Below, one piece after another: positions 36,859 through 46,644 of a stretch of 64,000 bases of DNA (position 1 is the stretch's first letter; the number at the start of each line of letters is the position of its first letter). Where the stretch lies: positions 288,001 through 352,000 of the forward strand of contig CBDFLQ010000006.1 of NCBI GenBank assembly GCA_965249275.1, written 5' to 3'. Below the pieces are notes generated by a model. The model was given only the letters and a program-made list of their open reading frames with translations, ran no database searches and had not been told where the DNA came from. The position numbers were made by a program, and so were the translations under genes. Source of the stretch: Dehalococcoidia bacterium (lineage in GTDB: Bacteria > Chloroflexota > Dehalococcoidia > Plut-88900).

Positions 36859-37275
36859 TTACTTCCTCCTTACGGTGGACATTCCCACTCTGGCGACAGT
36901 CTCGCCCCGTTGGTTGGTAAAAGTGTGCTCCCTCACCACGAAGGCCATCGGCCCCGAGCGACCCGTCTTTTTGTAGACCGACTTCACCCGAGCAACGCAG
37001 GTAAGCACATCTCCCGCCCTCACCGAGGCCTCGGGCTCAATGTACTGACCAGCCATATAGTCAAACCCCTCGAAAGTGAGGTTCAGGTCGTCCGGGCCCT
37101 CGAACTTGGCAAAGATGGTGGCTATCAAGGCAGAGGCCTCATCCCCGCTGTCCGCTCCCTCTCCCGTACCATCGTTGAAGTCCCGGATCATCTTCGCCGT
37201 CACTTCGAAAGATCCCAGGTTGTACTCCTCGTCGAGTACGCGCTTGTTAAAAGTCAACTCGTCCTGTTGTGTCAT
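36859..37275 (-). CDS. MaoC dehydratase N-terminal-type hotdog protein
   Basis: VRAGDVLT, KTGRSGPMAFV, FTNQRGETV. Confidence 0.8.
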   Translation of the reverse strand: MTQQDELTFNKRVLDEEYNLGSFEVTAKMIRDFNDGTGEGADSGDEASALIATIFAKFEGPDDLNLTFEGFDYMAGQYIEPEASVRAGDVLTCVARVKSVYKKTGRSGPMAFVVREHTFTNQRGETVARVGMSTVRRK

Positions 37276-37412
37276 CTAGATCCCTGTCTCGCGTTTATGT
37301 CGATTTGCCGTGTGCCAGGGCCATTTGAAGCCTTCGTTTCGGGGTTGGATGATAAGCCACTCACTCTCCCCTGTCCAGACGTTCATCCCCCCGGCGTCTG
37401 GGAAGAAGCCCC

Positions 37413-39290
37413 CTAGGAATCGGACTCCTTGTCCTCCTGCTCTCGGCCTTCTATGTCCGGCAAAAAGGTCCGGATTAGCCCCCGGGCAATTACTCTGTAT
37501 ATCTTGCTGGATACGTACAGCCCGGCTACCGAGATAATTCCCAGGACCGCTAGAGTGATTGGCGTAGCTATGCTCCCCAAGAATAGCAGTTGTGATAGCA
37601 GGGGAATGCTCCAGATGAATAGCACGATCATCAGCATTAGCAGGAGGCCGTCCCGCATGATCATCGCGAGGCCTCTTCTGTAGACACTGCTGGCAGGCAA
37701 CCCTGCCCCCGGGACCCGACGGGCAAGACTGCTGTTTATGTAGTTGCCCACTTCATTAGTTAGTCTCCTCAATGACCACCACATCCCGATCGATGCAGGT
37801 AGAGCTAGTGCCAGTACGCCGCCGCCTATGATGAGCCCTACGGTTTCCTGGCTTATGCGCATTAGTTCGGCAATGTCTCCGCTGAACCGTATCACCACAT
37901 TCCCGACAGCCAGCAGGAGAATTATGACGCCCACGTTAACCAGTGTGAGCCGCGTGTGATGCCGTACCCGCAACGCTTCCTCACTCTTCAGCTGTAATAG
38001 GCTTCTCGTTGCCCTTATCCATTCAGTGATGTAGCTCATGTACTGACGCGCCACTTTCGGAGACCACCTTTGCAACACATTGGCCAGCAGGTCTCCGCTG
38101 CGGAAGATGAAGGGGTACAGTAGGGATGTGATGCCCGTGGCCACTGCAACCACCGGGTATAGAAACGGCCCCACCGCCCCGTGAAGCGCCCCCGCACTCA
38201 CTATTGCCAGGGAGAACTCACCTATCTGCGTCATCCCAGTCCCGACCTTGATCGCAGTCCGACCGTCTTCTCCCGTCGCGAACGTCGCGACGGTGTCCGC
38301 TATGAATTTCCCTCCTATGAACACCCCGGAAACTATCAGCGCCGGCCAGATGTGGTCTGTCATGTCCGATAGGTTCACCAGCATGCCTATCGAAATGAAG
38401 AACAGCGCCGCAAAGAAGTCCTTCACCGGAGATACTAACCGGACTAGCCTTTCCGACTCTCTCGTATCTCCCAGTACCGCCCCCACCAGGAATGCTCCCG
38501 CCGCCGGTGAAACACCAAGCTCTTGGGCAATCAACGCCAGCCCGAAGCACATCGCCAGGCTGGCCAGCAGCATGATCTCGTCCGACTTGTACCTCGATAT
38601 GAATCGTACCGTTCCGGGTGCCACAATCGCACCTATCCCTAACGCCGCAAATCCGAAGATGCCCAGCTTCAGTACTAGCGACCCCACGGCCCCGGCTTCC
38701 ACTGTTCCGGTGGTTGCTACCCCGGAAAGAACCGTTAGCAGAATTACCGCCGCCACGTCTTCTATCACCAATATCCCGACGATTATCCGCCCATGAGCTT
38801 GATGCAGTTGCCCCGTGTCCCTCAGCATCTTGTAGAGGATCGCTGTGCTGGAAATCGCAATCGCCGCCCCGAGAAAGATCGACTCCGTCCCCGTCCACCC
38901 CAGCAGTGTCCCAATCTCATATCCCAGGGACATCATCAAAGTGATCTCCAGTGCCCCGATAACCAACACCCGGAGCCCTACGCTGCTTAACCTCTTCCAC
39001 CCCATGTCCAGCCCCAGCGAAAACAGCAGGATGATCAGCCCAAGGTCCGCCAGCGCACTTATCAGTTCGACGTTTTCCACTGGCGGATTGGGAAGCGTAT
39101 ATGGCCCGATAAGCAGCCCCCCAAGCAGATATCCTAGAATTGGGGGTTGCTTCAGGACACGAAACAGCACCACCGCCCCACCCCCCACCGCCATCACTAT
39201 TGCAAAGTCGCGCAGCAGCGCAAAATGCTCCGCCGAAGACTCTTCAGTCTCCGCCAGAAACGGCAACAATGTACCCAGTAAATATTCCAC
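37413..39290 (-). CDS. Cation:proton antiporter (CPA2/Kef-like) with extra C-terminal helices
   Basis: KQPPILGYL, ISSTAI, ILVIED, GAFLVG, FFISIG, QIGEFS. Confidence 0.9.
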   Translation of the reverse strand: MEYLLGTLLPFLAETEESSAEHFALLRDFAIVMAVGGGAVVLFRVLKQPPILGYLLGGLLIGPYTLPNPPVENVELISALADLGLIILLFSLGLDMGWKRLSSVGLRVLVIGALEITLMMSLGYEIGTLLGWTGTESIFLGAAIAISSTAILYKMLRDTGQLHQAHGRIIVGILVIEDVAAVILLTVLSGVATTGTVEAGAVGSLVLKLGIFGFAALGIGAIVAPGTVRFISRYKSDEIMLLASLAMCFGLALIAQELGVSPAAGAFLVGAVLGDTRESERLVRLVSPVKDFFAALFFISIGMLVNLSDMTDHIWPALIVSGVFIGGKFIADTVATFATGEDGRTAIKVGTGMTQIGEFSLAIVSAGALHGAVGPFLYPVVAVATGITSLLYPFIFRSGDLLANVLQRWSPKVARQYMSYITEWIRATRSLLQLKSEEALRVRHHTRLTLVNVGVIILLLAVGNVVIRFSGDIAELMRISQETVGLIIGGGVLALALPASIGMWWSLRRLTNEVGNYINSSLARRVPGAGLPASSVYRRGLAMIMRDGLLLMLMIVLFIWSIPLLSQLLFLGSIATPITLAVLGIISVAGLYVSSKIYRVIARGLIRTFLPDIEGREQEDKESDS

Positions 39291-39410
39291 AGTTCTAAAT
39301 CATGTTCTCCGACTCTTCATTATATGACCTGGCCCCCTCAATAAACCTACCCTGTCTCTCTCCTCTTTCCGCATAATTCCCGCGCTCCGATTCGCAAACC
39401 CATCCCCTCC

Positions 39411-39434
39411 CGTAGGGGCGACCGGCGGTCGCGC
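39411..39434 (+). repeat. GTAG-tagged REP-like palindrome
   Basis: CGTAGGGGCGACC-GGC-GGTCGCGC; related copy at 27819. Confidence 0.55.
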
Positions 39435-39510
39435 TCCCCCCTCCCTCCCCCGAATCCTATATAATCCTCCCCGCCACCCCTACCACCTATTCCTCTACCG
39501 GAGGCTCGAC

Positions 39511-40644
39511 ATGGCAGACTACAAAATCGTCTCCGCCGACTCCCACGCTGAGGAGCCGGGCAGCATCTACGAAAAGCTCCCTGAGCAGTATCGCCACCGC
39601 AAGCCCCACGTCGAAGTCGTAGACGGACGCAAGTACCAGGTTCTCGACGGTCAGCAGCCCATCCTCCTCGACACCCCCAACCCGCTAACCGAAAAAGACC
39701 TGCGCAAGGAGTTCCGGGGCGGCGAGGACGTGGGGCTAGGCGTCAACCGTGAATGGGGCACCGACGTTGAGATCCGCCTCAAGGACCAGGTCGAGGACGG
39801 AGTCTCCGCCGAGGTCATCTACCCAAACGGCATATTCGAAGCCTTCTCCTCCCCCGAGCCCAGCTACCAGATGGCCGTCTGCTCCCTTTACAACGACTAC
39901 TACTGGGACGTTTTCTCTACCCACTCAGATGTCTGCATCCCTTCCGCCACCATACCCACCATCAACGTTGACGCCGCCGTCACCGAAGCCCGACGCATCG
40001 GCGCATTGGGCTACCGTTCCGTATCCGTGCCCGTCAACGTCGCTTCTACCCCCTACAACCTCCCCGTCTACGAGCCTTTATGGTCCACCCTCGCCGACCT
40101 GGGCCTACCCCTCAGCTTCCACGTCTTCACTAAGACCGAACCCGTCTCCGACGACGAGCCACGCAAGTACCGCACCAAAGAAGAAACCCACGGCCAAGAC
40201 CTCACCGGCATGGTCCTCGGCATGGCCGAGGCTATGGCCCCCCTAACCGCACTCACCGCCGCCGGAGTCTTCGACCGCAACCCTGATCTCCGTATAGTCC
40301 TGGTCGAATGCGGTATCGGCTGGCTCGCCTGGGCCCTTTACGCCATGGACGACGTCTACCACGCCCGGCACATGTGGCAGTACCCCAATCTAGATAGGCT
40401 TCCCAGCGAGTATTTCAAGACCAACGGCTTTATCACCTTTGGTGACGACCCCATCGGCCTAAACAATATCGAGTTCACCGGCGTCGACGGCCTCATGTGG
40501 GGCAGCGACTATCCCCACGACGAAGGCACCTTCCCCCACTCCCGAGAAGTCATTGAGCGCACCTTCGCCCACATTTCGGAAGAGAACAAGATCATGATTG
40601 TGGGCGAAAACGCCGCCCGACTCTACGGCATAAACCTTAATTAG
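39511..40644 (+). CDS. Amidohydrolase_2 family protein
   Basis: SADSH, SFH, VECGIGW, WGSDYPH.EGTFP. Confidence 0.9.
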   Translation: MADYKIVSADSHAEEPGSIYEKLPEQYRHRKPHVEVVDGRKYQVLDGQQPILLDTPNPLTEKDLRKEFRGGEDVGLGVNREWGTDVEIRLKDQVEDGVSAEVIYPNGIFEAFSSPEPSYQMAVCSLYNDYYWDVFSTHSDVCIPSATIPTINVDAAVTEARRIGALGYRSVSVPVNVASTPYNLPVYEPLWSTLADLGLPLSFHVFTKTEPVSDDEPRKYRTKEETHGQDLTGMVLGMAEAMAPLTALTAAGVFDRNPDLRIVLVECGIGWLAWALYAMDDVYHARHMWQYPNLDRLPSEYFKTNGFITFGDDPIGLNNIEFTGVDGLMWGSDYPHDEGTFPHSREVIERTFAHISEENKIMIVGENAARLYGINLN

Positions 40645-40673
40645 TAACCCGTTCCCCACTGGAGCCTTACCGA

Positions 40674-41813
40674 ATGTCAGACAAAGAAAACGCCGACATT
40701 TATCAGGAACTCGGCATCCGAAAGGTCGTCAACGCCGTCGGCACCGCCACCGTAATGGGTGGAGCGGTCCTTAGCCCCCGGGTCCAGACCGCAATGGACC
40801 AGGCCGGCCAGGCCTTTGCAAGCATGGAGGAGGTCGTGACCCGTGCCGGCGAAGCCATCGCCTCCGACCTCGGCGCAGAAGCTGCCTTTGTCACCTCCGG
40901 CTGCTTCGCCGCCCTAGCCATCAGCTGCGCCGCCGTCATGACCGGCCCCGACACCGATCTCATAGCCCAGCTCCCCGATACCACAGGCCTCCGAGACGAG
41001 TTCCTGATCCAGAACCGCCACCGCTACCATTACGACCGATCCGTTTCCGTCCCAGGTGGCAAGCTAATGGAGATTGGTGACGAAAACGGCGTTACGAAAA
41101 CCCAGTTTGAAGAGGCCATAGGCCCCGACACCGCCGGAGTCCTGTATCCGGCCCACATGGACGGCATGGAGGGCACGCTATCCCTGGCCGAGGTGATCTC
41201 CATCTCCGAAGCCCGAGGCATTGCCGTAGTCGTAGACGCCGCCTTCCAGGTCTATCCCGTCCAGCGTATGAAGGACATCGCCTCCTGCGGCGCCGACTCC
41301 GTCTGCTTCAGCGCCAAGTACATGGGTGGCCCCAACTCCGTCGGCTTCATGGTCGGCAAGAAACACTTTGTAGAATCTGCTCGGCTCCACGGCTTCACCG
41401 CATTCGAATTGGAGGACAACCGGGCCTTCGGGCGAGGCTTCAAGGTCGATAGGGGAGAGGCAGTCGCTTTGGTCGCCGCCATGCGTGAGTGGTTCACTTT
41501 GGATCATGATGAGCGAGCCAGAGACCAGGAGCGCCGCTTCCAGGTCCTCGTCGAGCTACTTGGAGACATCCCCCACGTCACACTCCAGCAAGGCTGGTTC
41601 GGCCAGATCCCCTGGATGCAGCTTCGAGTCGTCCTCGACGAAAAAGCCCTTGGCATGACGGTCACCCAAGCCGCCGACGCCCTCAAAGACCTCAACCCGT
41701 CCATCTGGACCCGCCCCGACGGCGACGCCCTATCCATCGCAGTAATCACCCTCCAACCCGGCGAAGAACAGCTCGTAGCCCAAGGCGTCCGCCAAGTTTT
41801 ATCCGGTAAGTAA
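40674..41813 (+). CDS. SelA-like PLP-dependent enzyme (DgaE-like)
   Basis: VVNAVGTATVMGG, VVVDAA, FSAKYMGGP, GRGFKV; lacks SelA N-terminal domain. Confidence 0.8.
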   Translation: MSDKENADIYQELGIRKVVNAVGTATVMGGAVLSPRVQTAMDQAGQAFASMEEVVTRAGEAIASDLGAEAAFVTSGCFAALAISCAAVMTGPDTDLIAQLPDTTGLRDEFLIQNRHRYHYDRSVSVPGGKLMEIGDENGVTKTQFEEAIGPDTAGVLYPAHMDGMEGTLSLAEVISISEARGIAVVVDAAFQVYPVQRMKDIASCGADSVCFSAKYMGGPNSVGFMVGKKHFVESARLHGFTAFELEDNRAFGRGFKVDRGEAVALVAAMREWFTLDHDERARDQERRFQVLVELLGDIPHVTLQQGWFGQIPWMQLRVVLDEKALGMTVTQAADALKDLNPSIWTRPDGDALSIAVITLQPGEEQLVAQGVRQVLSGK

Positions 41814-42005
41814 GCTTTGGTTTAACCGTCATTCCTGCGGAGGCAGGAATCCAGGGGTGGGGCATTCCGTTCGCCCTGAGCAGAGTCGAAGGGTCTCAAG
41901 AACGGAATGGGGGAGGAATTTCCCAGCCACGAATGTAATGTGTCCTCGAAAGAAACCAGCATTAGGCATCATCGGAGATTAAGCGAAGGGGATTAATACA
42001 CGACC

Positions 42006-42965
42006 ATGCCAAAAATCAACTCAGTCCTCGGCCCCCTAGACACCGCCGACATGGGCTTCACCCTCTCCCACGAGCACGTCCTCGTATCCTCCGCCGGCAT
42101 CCAGCAAATCTACCCCGAGTTCATACCCCGTGATGCGATAATCGAACGAGGCATCAACGACCTGAAAGTCGCCCACGCCGAGGGCGTCCAAACCATCATC
42201 GACGTCACCACTATCGACCTCGGCCGCGACATCCGTATGCTCGAAGACGTCTCCCGAGGCTCCGGCGTCAACATCATCGCCGCCACCGGTACTTGGCGAG
42301 ACATTCCTCGCGTCTTCTGGGAAGCCTCCCCCGACGCTATCGCTGCCCTCTACATCCGCGAGATCGAGCAGGGAATCGAGGGCACCGACATCAAGGCCGG
42401 CGTGATCAAGGTCGCCAACGACAAGGGAGGCGTAACACCTCAGGGCGAGATCATCCTCCGCGCCGCCGCCCGAGCCCACAAGGCCACCGGAGTCCCCATC
42501 TCAACTCACACCTGGGCCCCCGAGAGGGTCGGCCTCCAGCAGGCCCGCATCTTCGAAGAGGAGTGTGTCGATCTAAACCGCGTCTACGTCGGCCACAGCA
42601 ACGACACCACCAACGTCTCCTATCTCATCGAGCTCCTCGAAAAAGGCGCCTGGATCGGCCTCGACCGCTATCCCGGCTTCGCCTCCGAAGGCTCTGACAC
42701 CCCCGACTGGCAAGACCGCACCCGCACCGCCGTCCGGCTCATCGAGGCTGGTTACGGCCACAAGATAATGCTCAGCCACGACTGGTCCATCCCCATCTCC
42801 CGCCCCAGCGAGAAAGAAGTCGCCCGACGTGAAGCTCGCAACGCAGACGGCTACCTATTCATCCACCGCCACGTCATCCCTCTCCTCCGAGACCTCGGCA
42901 TCTCCCAGGACGCCATAGACCAAATGATGGTCCACAACCCCCGCAATTTCTTCTCCGCCTCCTAG
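42006..42965 (+). CDS. Phosphotriesterase-family protein
   Basis: TLSHEH, DLGRD, GVIKVA, ISTHT, VGH, LSHD. Confidence 0.92.
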   Translation: MPKINSVLGPLDTADMGFTLSHEHVLVSSAGIQQIYPEFIPRDAIIERGINDLKVAHAEGVQTIIDVTTIDLGRDIRMLEDVSRGSGVNIIAATGTWRDIPRVFWEASPDAIAALYIREIEQGIEGTDIKAGVIKVANDKGGVTPQGEIILRAAARAHKATGVPISTHTWAPERVGLQQARIFEEECVDLNRVYVGHSNDTTNVSYLIELLEKGAWIGLDRYPGFASEGSDTPDWQDRTRTAVRLIEAGYGHKIMLSHDWSIPISRPSEKEVARREARNADGYLFIHRHVIPLLRDLGISQDAIDQMMVHNPRNFFSAS

Positions 42966-42969
42966 CCCC

Positions 42970-43625
42970 TCGTCCATCATTCCCGTGCCTCCTCATTTGT
43001 CATCCCGATACGCCGAGAGGATTCTGGGGATGGGGAATTCCGTTCGCCCTGAGCTGAGTCGAAGGGTCTCAAGAACGGAATGGGGTGGTGCTCCCTTCCT
43101 TTAGCCACAATCCCTCGTGGTTGCCCTGGGGGGAGGTGTCGCCCACCCTGAGCTTGCTGAAAGTCCGCCGAGGCGGATCGAAGGGTCGAGCGGGCAGCTG
43201 CCCACGTACTGCCAAACCGTCGCGTCCGCCCCTCCCGTCATTCCCGACCCGGATCGGGAATCCATCCCCGGAAAGGGCCGCCCACCCTGTCACAGATCCG
43301 CTGAGGCGGAAGGCACTCGAAGGGTCGAGCGAGGGAAGACCCACACACTGCCCATCCGTCACGCCTGCCCGACTCCAACCCACCCCCCTCTCCCTCGTCA
43401 TCCCGAGGCTCCGCGAGGGATCTGGGGTGGGGCCTCCCCCTCCCAACTCTCCTAGCCTGCCTTCTCTTTGGTACAGATCTGTCGGTCATGTTGCGGCGCA
43501 ACATGACCGACAGATCAATTAAAACTGGGCGGGTGGGCGGGACTCCACTTATCCCTCGGCGTGGATGGGACATCCCCTCCGGCACAAAAGGGGATGGGGT
43601 CGAAGACTCGCCGAGGCGAGTGACA
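42970..43625 (+). repeat. Dense cluster of REP-like elements (families A, B, C, micro-hairpins, perfect palindrome)
   Basis: Units at 42998, 43037, 43141, 43236, 43278, 43396, 43476, ~43552, 43600. Confidence 0.85.
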
Positions 43626-43852
43626 TCACCTCCTCGACTCAATGAAAACACATGTGCTATCTTTACCTGAATGATCCAACACCCGGAAAAGACCCCCCGA
43701 CAAGCTATGAAGCAAAAGAGCTCACATTTGACTCGCCTCAGGCACAAAGACCCACCGGCCCAATACAAATTTCTTAGCAAACAATCAAAAATCATGCCTG
43801 AGCCCGCGCAACAATCAAAAGTCGTTCTCCGGCCATATCTCACACCTCCCCT

Positions 43853-43901
43853 TTGACACCCGACACACCTATCGCTACCATTAGTAACCGCAACTACTTG
43901 C
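43853..43901 (+). promoter_or_regulatory. Promoter and candidate metalloregulator operator for the metal ABC transporter
   Basis: TTGACA(43853)-N17-TACCAT(43876-43881) followed by GCAA-CTAC-TTGC (43890-43901). Confidence 0.6.
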
Positions 43902-43935
43902 AACAACACTTCATCGCATTAAGCGGTTCTATGCC

Positions 43936-44925
43936 ATGCCCAAGCTCTTTACTCTTTTCCTCATCACCCTCATCGCCCTCGCCTGCGGCTCTACCTCCAA
44001 CCCCTCCTCCGGCAAACTCAGCGTAGTGACCACCGTCGCACCCATCACCAGCATCGTCGAGAACATCGGCGGCAACCGCATCCACCTCGAGGGCATAGTC
44101 CCCGAGGGGACCAACTCCCACACCTACGAACCCTCTCCCTCAATAGCCAAAACCCTCACCCAGGCAGACCTCATCATCGCCAATGGCCTTTTCCTCGAAG
44201 AACCCACCCTCAACCTCGCCGACAGCGTCAAACAGGACGACACCCCCATCCTCCTCCTCGGTGACAACACCATCTCCCAAGACCAATGGGCCTTCGACTT
44301 CACCTTCCCAGAGTCCGGCGACCACCCCAACCCCCACCTCTGGCCCGACCCCAACCTCGCCTTACTTTACGCCCAACTTGTCCACGACTCCCTCGTCTCC
44401 CTAGACCCCTCCAATAAGGAGTACTACGATGACAACCTTGCCGCCTTTACCGTTAGAATAGACCGCCTCGACAACGCCATCCGCGAAGGTATATCCACTA
44501 TTTCTCCCGACAACCGCAGACTCCTCACCTATCATGACTCCTGGGCCTATTTCGCCCGCACCTACGACGTCGAGATCATCGGCGCAATCCAGCCATCCGA
44601 TTTCAGCGAGCCCTCCCCCCAGGAAATGGCCCGCCTCATCCTCCAGGTCCGAGGCCTCGGCGTCCCCGCCGTATTCGGCTCCGAGGTCTTCCCCAGCAAG
44701 GCCCTCGAGCAGATCGCCCGAGAGTCCGGCGCCCTATACAGCGATGAGCTCTCCGACGATGACCTTCCCGGCCTGCCCGGTGACCCTGACCATTCCTACC
44801 TTGGCCTCATGACCCGGAACATGATCACCATGATCGGAGCTCTTGGCGGCGAGGTTGGCCCCTTCCATAACCTCGACTCATCCCTCGTGTTCGAAGGCCC
44901 CTCTACCGCCATCTACCCGCAGTAG
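43936..44925 (+). CDS. Zn/Mn ABC transporter substrate-binding lipoprotein (ZnuA/TroA family)
   Basis: ALAC lipobox, SHTYEP, NGLFLE, NPHLW, YHDSWAYF, SEPSP. Confidence 0.92.
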   Translation: MPKLFTLFLITLIALACGSTSNPSSGKLSVVTTVAPITSIVENIGGNRIHLEGIVPEGTNSHTYEPSPSIAKTLTQADLIIANGLFLEEPTLNLADSVKQDDTPILLLGDNTISQDQWAFDFTFPESGDHPNPHLWPDPNLALLYAQLVHDSLVSLDPSNKEYYDDNLAAFTVRIDRLDNAIREGISTISPDNRRLLTYHDSWAYFARTYDVEIIGAIQPSDFSEPSPQEMARLILQVRGLGVPAVFGSEVFPSKALEQIARESGALYSDELSDDDLPGLPGDPDHSYLGLMTRNMITMIGALGGEVGPFHNLDSSLVFEGPSTAIYPQ

Positions 44926-44933
44926 GTAACTCT

Positions 44934-45797
44934 TTGCTTCATCCTGGCTCTCATCCCCGAACCACCGGCACCCCCATCGTGGCCCTGGACAACGTCTCCT
45001 GCGGATACGACGGGCAGTCCGTCCTATCCGGCTTGGACCTAAGAATCATGCCCGGCGATTTCGTCGGACTGCTCGGACCCAGCGGTTCCGGTAAGACCAC
45101 TCTGCTCCGTGTCATTCTTGGCGCGGTCCGACTCTTCTCCGGCAGAGTCCTGCTCGATGGAGTCCCCGTCGGCCCCAGACGGCCTCCCATTGGCTACGTT
45201 CCCCAGCTCGATACCATTGACTGGAACTTCCCCGTCACTGTGCAGGAAGTTGTACTCATGGGTGCCGCCATGCGCAAGCCCTTCTTCCCTTGGCACTCTT
45301 CCCAGCAGGGCCGTAACGCCAGGGTGATCATGGAGCGCCTCGGCATTGCCCATCTCGCCCACAGGCACATAAGGCAGCTCTCCGGCGGACAGCAGCAACG
45401 CGTCTTCCTCGCCCGAGCCCTCATCAGCAACCCCAGGCTCCTCCTTCTTGACGAACCTACTGCCGGAGTCGACATCAAGACCCGGGACGACATCATGCAC
45501 CTGCTTCACGAGCTTAACCACCAGGGCGTGACCATCGTGATGACCACCCACGAGATTAACTCCGTCGCCGCCCACCTGCCGCAAGTCGTCTGCATCAATG
45601 GTGGCATTATTGCCCAGGGCCCTCCCACCGACGTCTTCACCCCCGACATCCTGAGTCGCACCTACGGCGCCGACATGCCAGTCATCCGCTACCAGGGCCT
45701 CGCCCTCGTGGCGGAACGCCCTCACGTCTACGGCCCCACCGCCGACCAGCACACCGGAAAGGAACCTCACCTCCACACCCATGCCCCCGATTCTTGA
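44934..45797 (+). CDS. Metal ABC transporter ATP-binding protein
   Basis: GPSGSGKT, GYVPQ, LSGGQQQR, LLLDEP. Confidence 0.93.
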   Translation: MLHPGSHPRTTGTPIVALDNVSCGYDGQSVLSGLDLRIMPGDFVGLLGPSGSGKTTLLRVILGAVRLFSGRVLLDGVPVGPRRPPIGYVPQLDTIDWNFPVTVQEVVLMGAAMRKPFFPWHSSQQGRNARVIMERLGIAHLAHRHIRQLSGGQQQRVFLARALISNPRLLLLDEPTAGVDIKTRDDIMHLLHELNHQGVTIVMTTHEINSVAAHLPQVVCINGGIIAQGPPTDVFTPDILSRTYGADMPVIRYQGLALVAERPHVYGPTADQHTGKEPHLHTHAPDS

Positions 45798-46644
45798 ACC
45801 CTTCCAGTTCGAGTTCTTCGTCAAGGGTCTGGTCGCCGCCACCCTCGCCGGTGGCCTCTGCGGCCTGATCGGCGTCTACATCGTCCTCCGCGGCATGGCC
45901 TATATAGGTCACGGCCTCTCTCATGCCGTCTTCGGAGGTGCCGTAGTTAGCTATGTTATGTCTATCAATTTCTTCGTGGGTGCCAGCATCTGGGGCTTCC
46001 TCTCCGCCCTTCTCATCACCCTGACCACTCGCAAAAGGGTCATAGGCGCTGACGCCGCCATCGGCATCGTAACAACCGCCAGCTTCGCCCTCGGCGTCGC
46101 CATTATCAGCACCCAGCGCACCTTCACCCGCAGCTTCGAGGCCGCACTAATCGGCGACATCCTCGGCGTCGAGAGGGGCGACCTCGTGGCCCTTGTAGCC
46201 GTATCAATTGGCACGGTCCTCTTGGTACTTCTCGGCTACAAGCTCATCCTTTTCACCACCTTCGACCCCGAGGTAGCCCGCTTCTACGGCGTCCCGACCG
46301 CCTGGGTAGACACCGCCTTCTCCCTGGTCCTTGCCGGCGTCATCGTCGTCTCGATGCAGATTCTCGGCGTCACTATGATCGCCGCCGCCATTGTCATACC
46401 TCCCATCGTCGCCCGACTCATCACCAACAAGTTCTCCCATATGCTGCTCCTCTCCACCGCCATCGGCGCCTTCTGCGGTTTCTTCGGCATCTACATCAGC
46501 TATTGGGCCGACGTTTCGTCGGGAGCCACCATCGTGCTTTTCGCCGCCGCGCTCTTCCTCTTGGCAATGGCCTGGAGCACCTTCTGGCGAAGGTTGCCCT
46601 TCTCTCGACGCCCTCGCCCACCCACCGCCACTCCCGGCCTCTAA
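45781..46644 (+). CDS. Metal ABC transporter permease (ZnuB/ABC-3)
   Basis: GHGLSHA, DAAIG, TFDPEVA, SSGATIV. Confidence 0.93.
   Translation: MPPILEPFQFEFFVKGLVAATLAGGLCGLIGVYIVLRGMAYIGHGLSHAVFGGAVVSYVMSINFFVGASIWGFLSALLITLTTRKRVIGADAAIGIVTTASFALGVAIISTQRTFTRSFEAALIGDILGVERGDLVALVAVSIGTVLLVLLGYKLILFTTFDPEVARFYGVPTAWVDTAFSLVLAGVIVVSMQILGVTMIAAAIVIPPIVARLITNKFSHMLLLSTAIGAFCGFFGIYISYWADVSSGATIVLFAAALFLLAMAWSTFWRRLPFSRRPRPPTATPGL

Noticed and set aside
40674-41813. True selenocysteine synthase selA
   Set aside because: Shorter than SelA, lacks its N-terminal domain, and no selB/selC/selD nearby.
43069-43909. ORFs 43069-43446, 43085-43522, 43117-43455, 43238-43909
   Set aside because: They are translations of the repeat cluster and promoter region; the same pseudo-peptides appear at other repeat loci.
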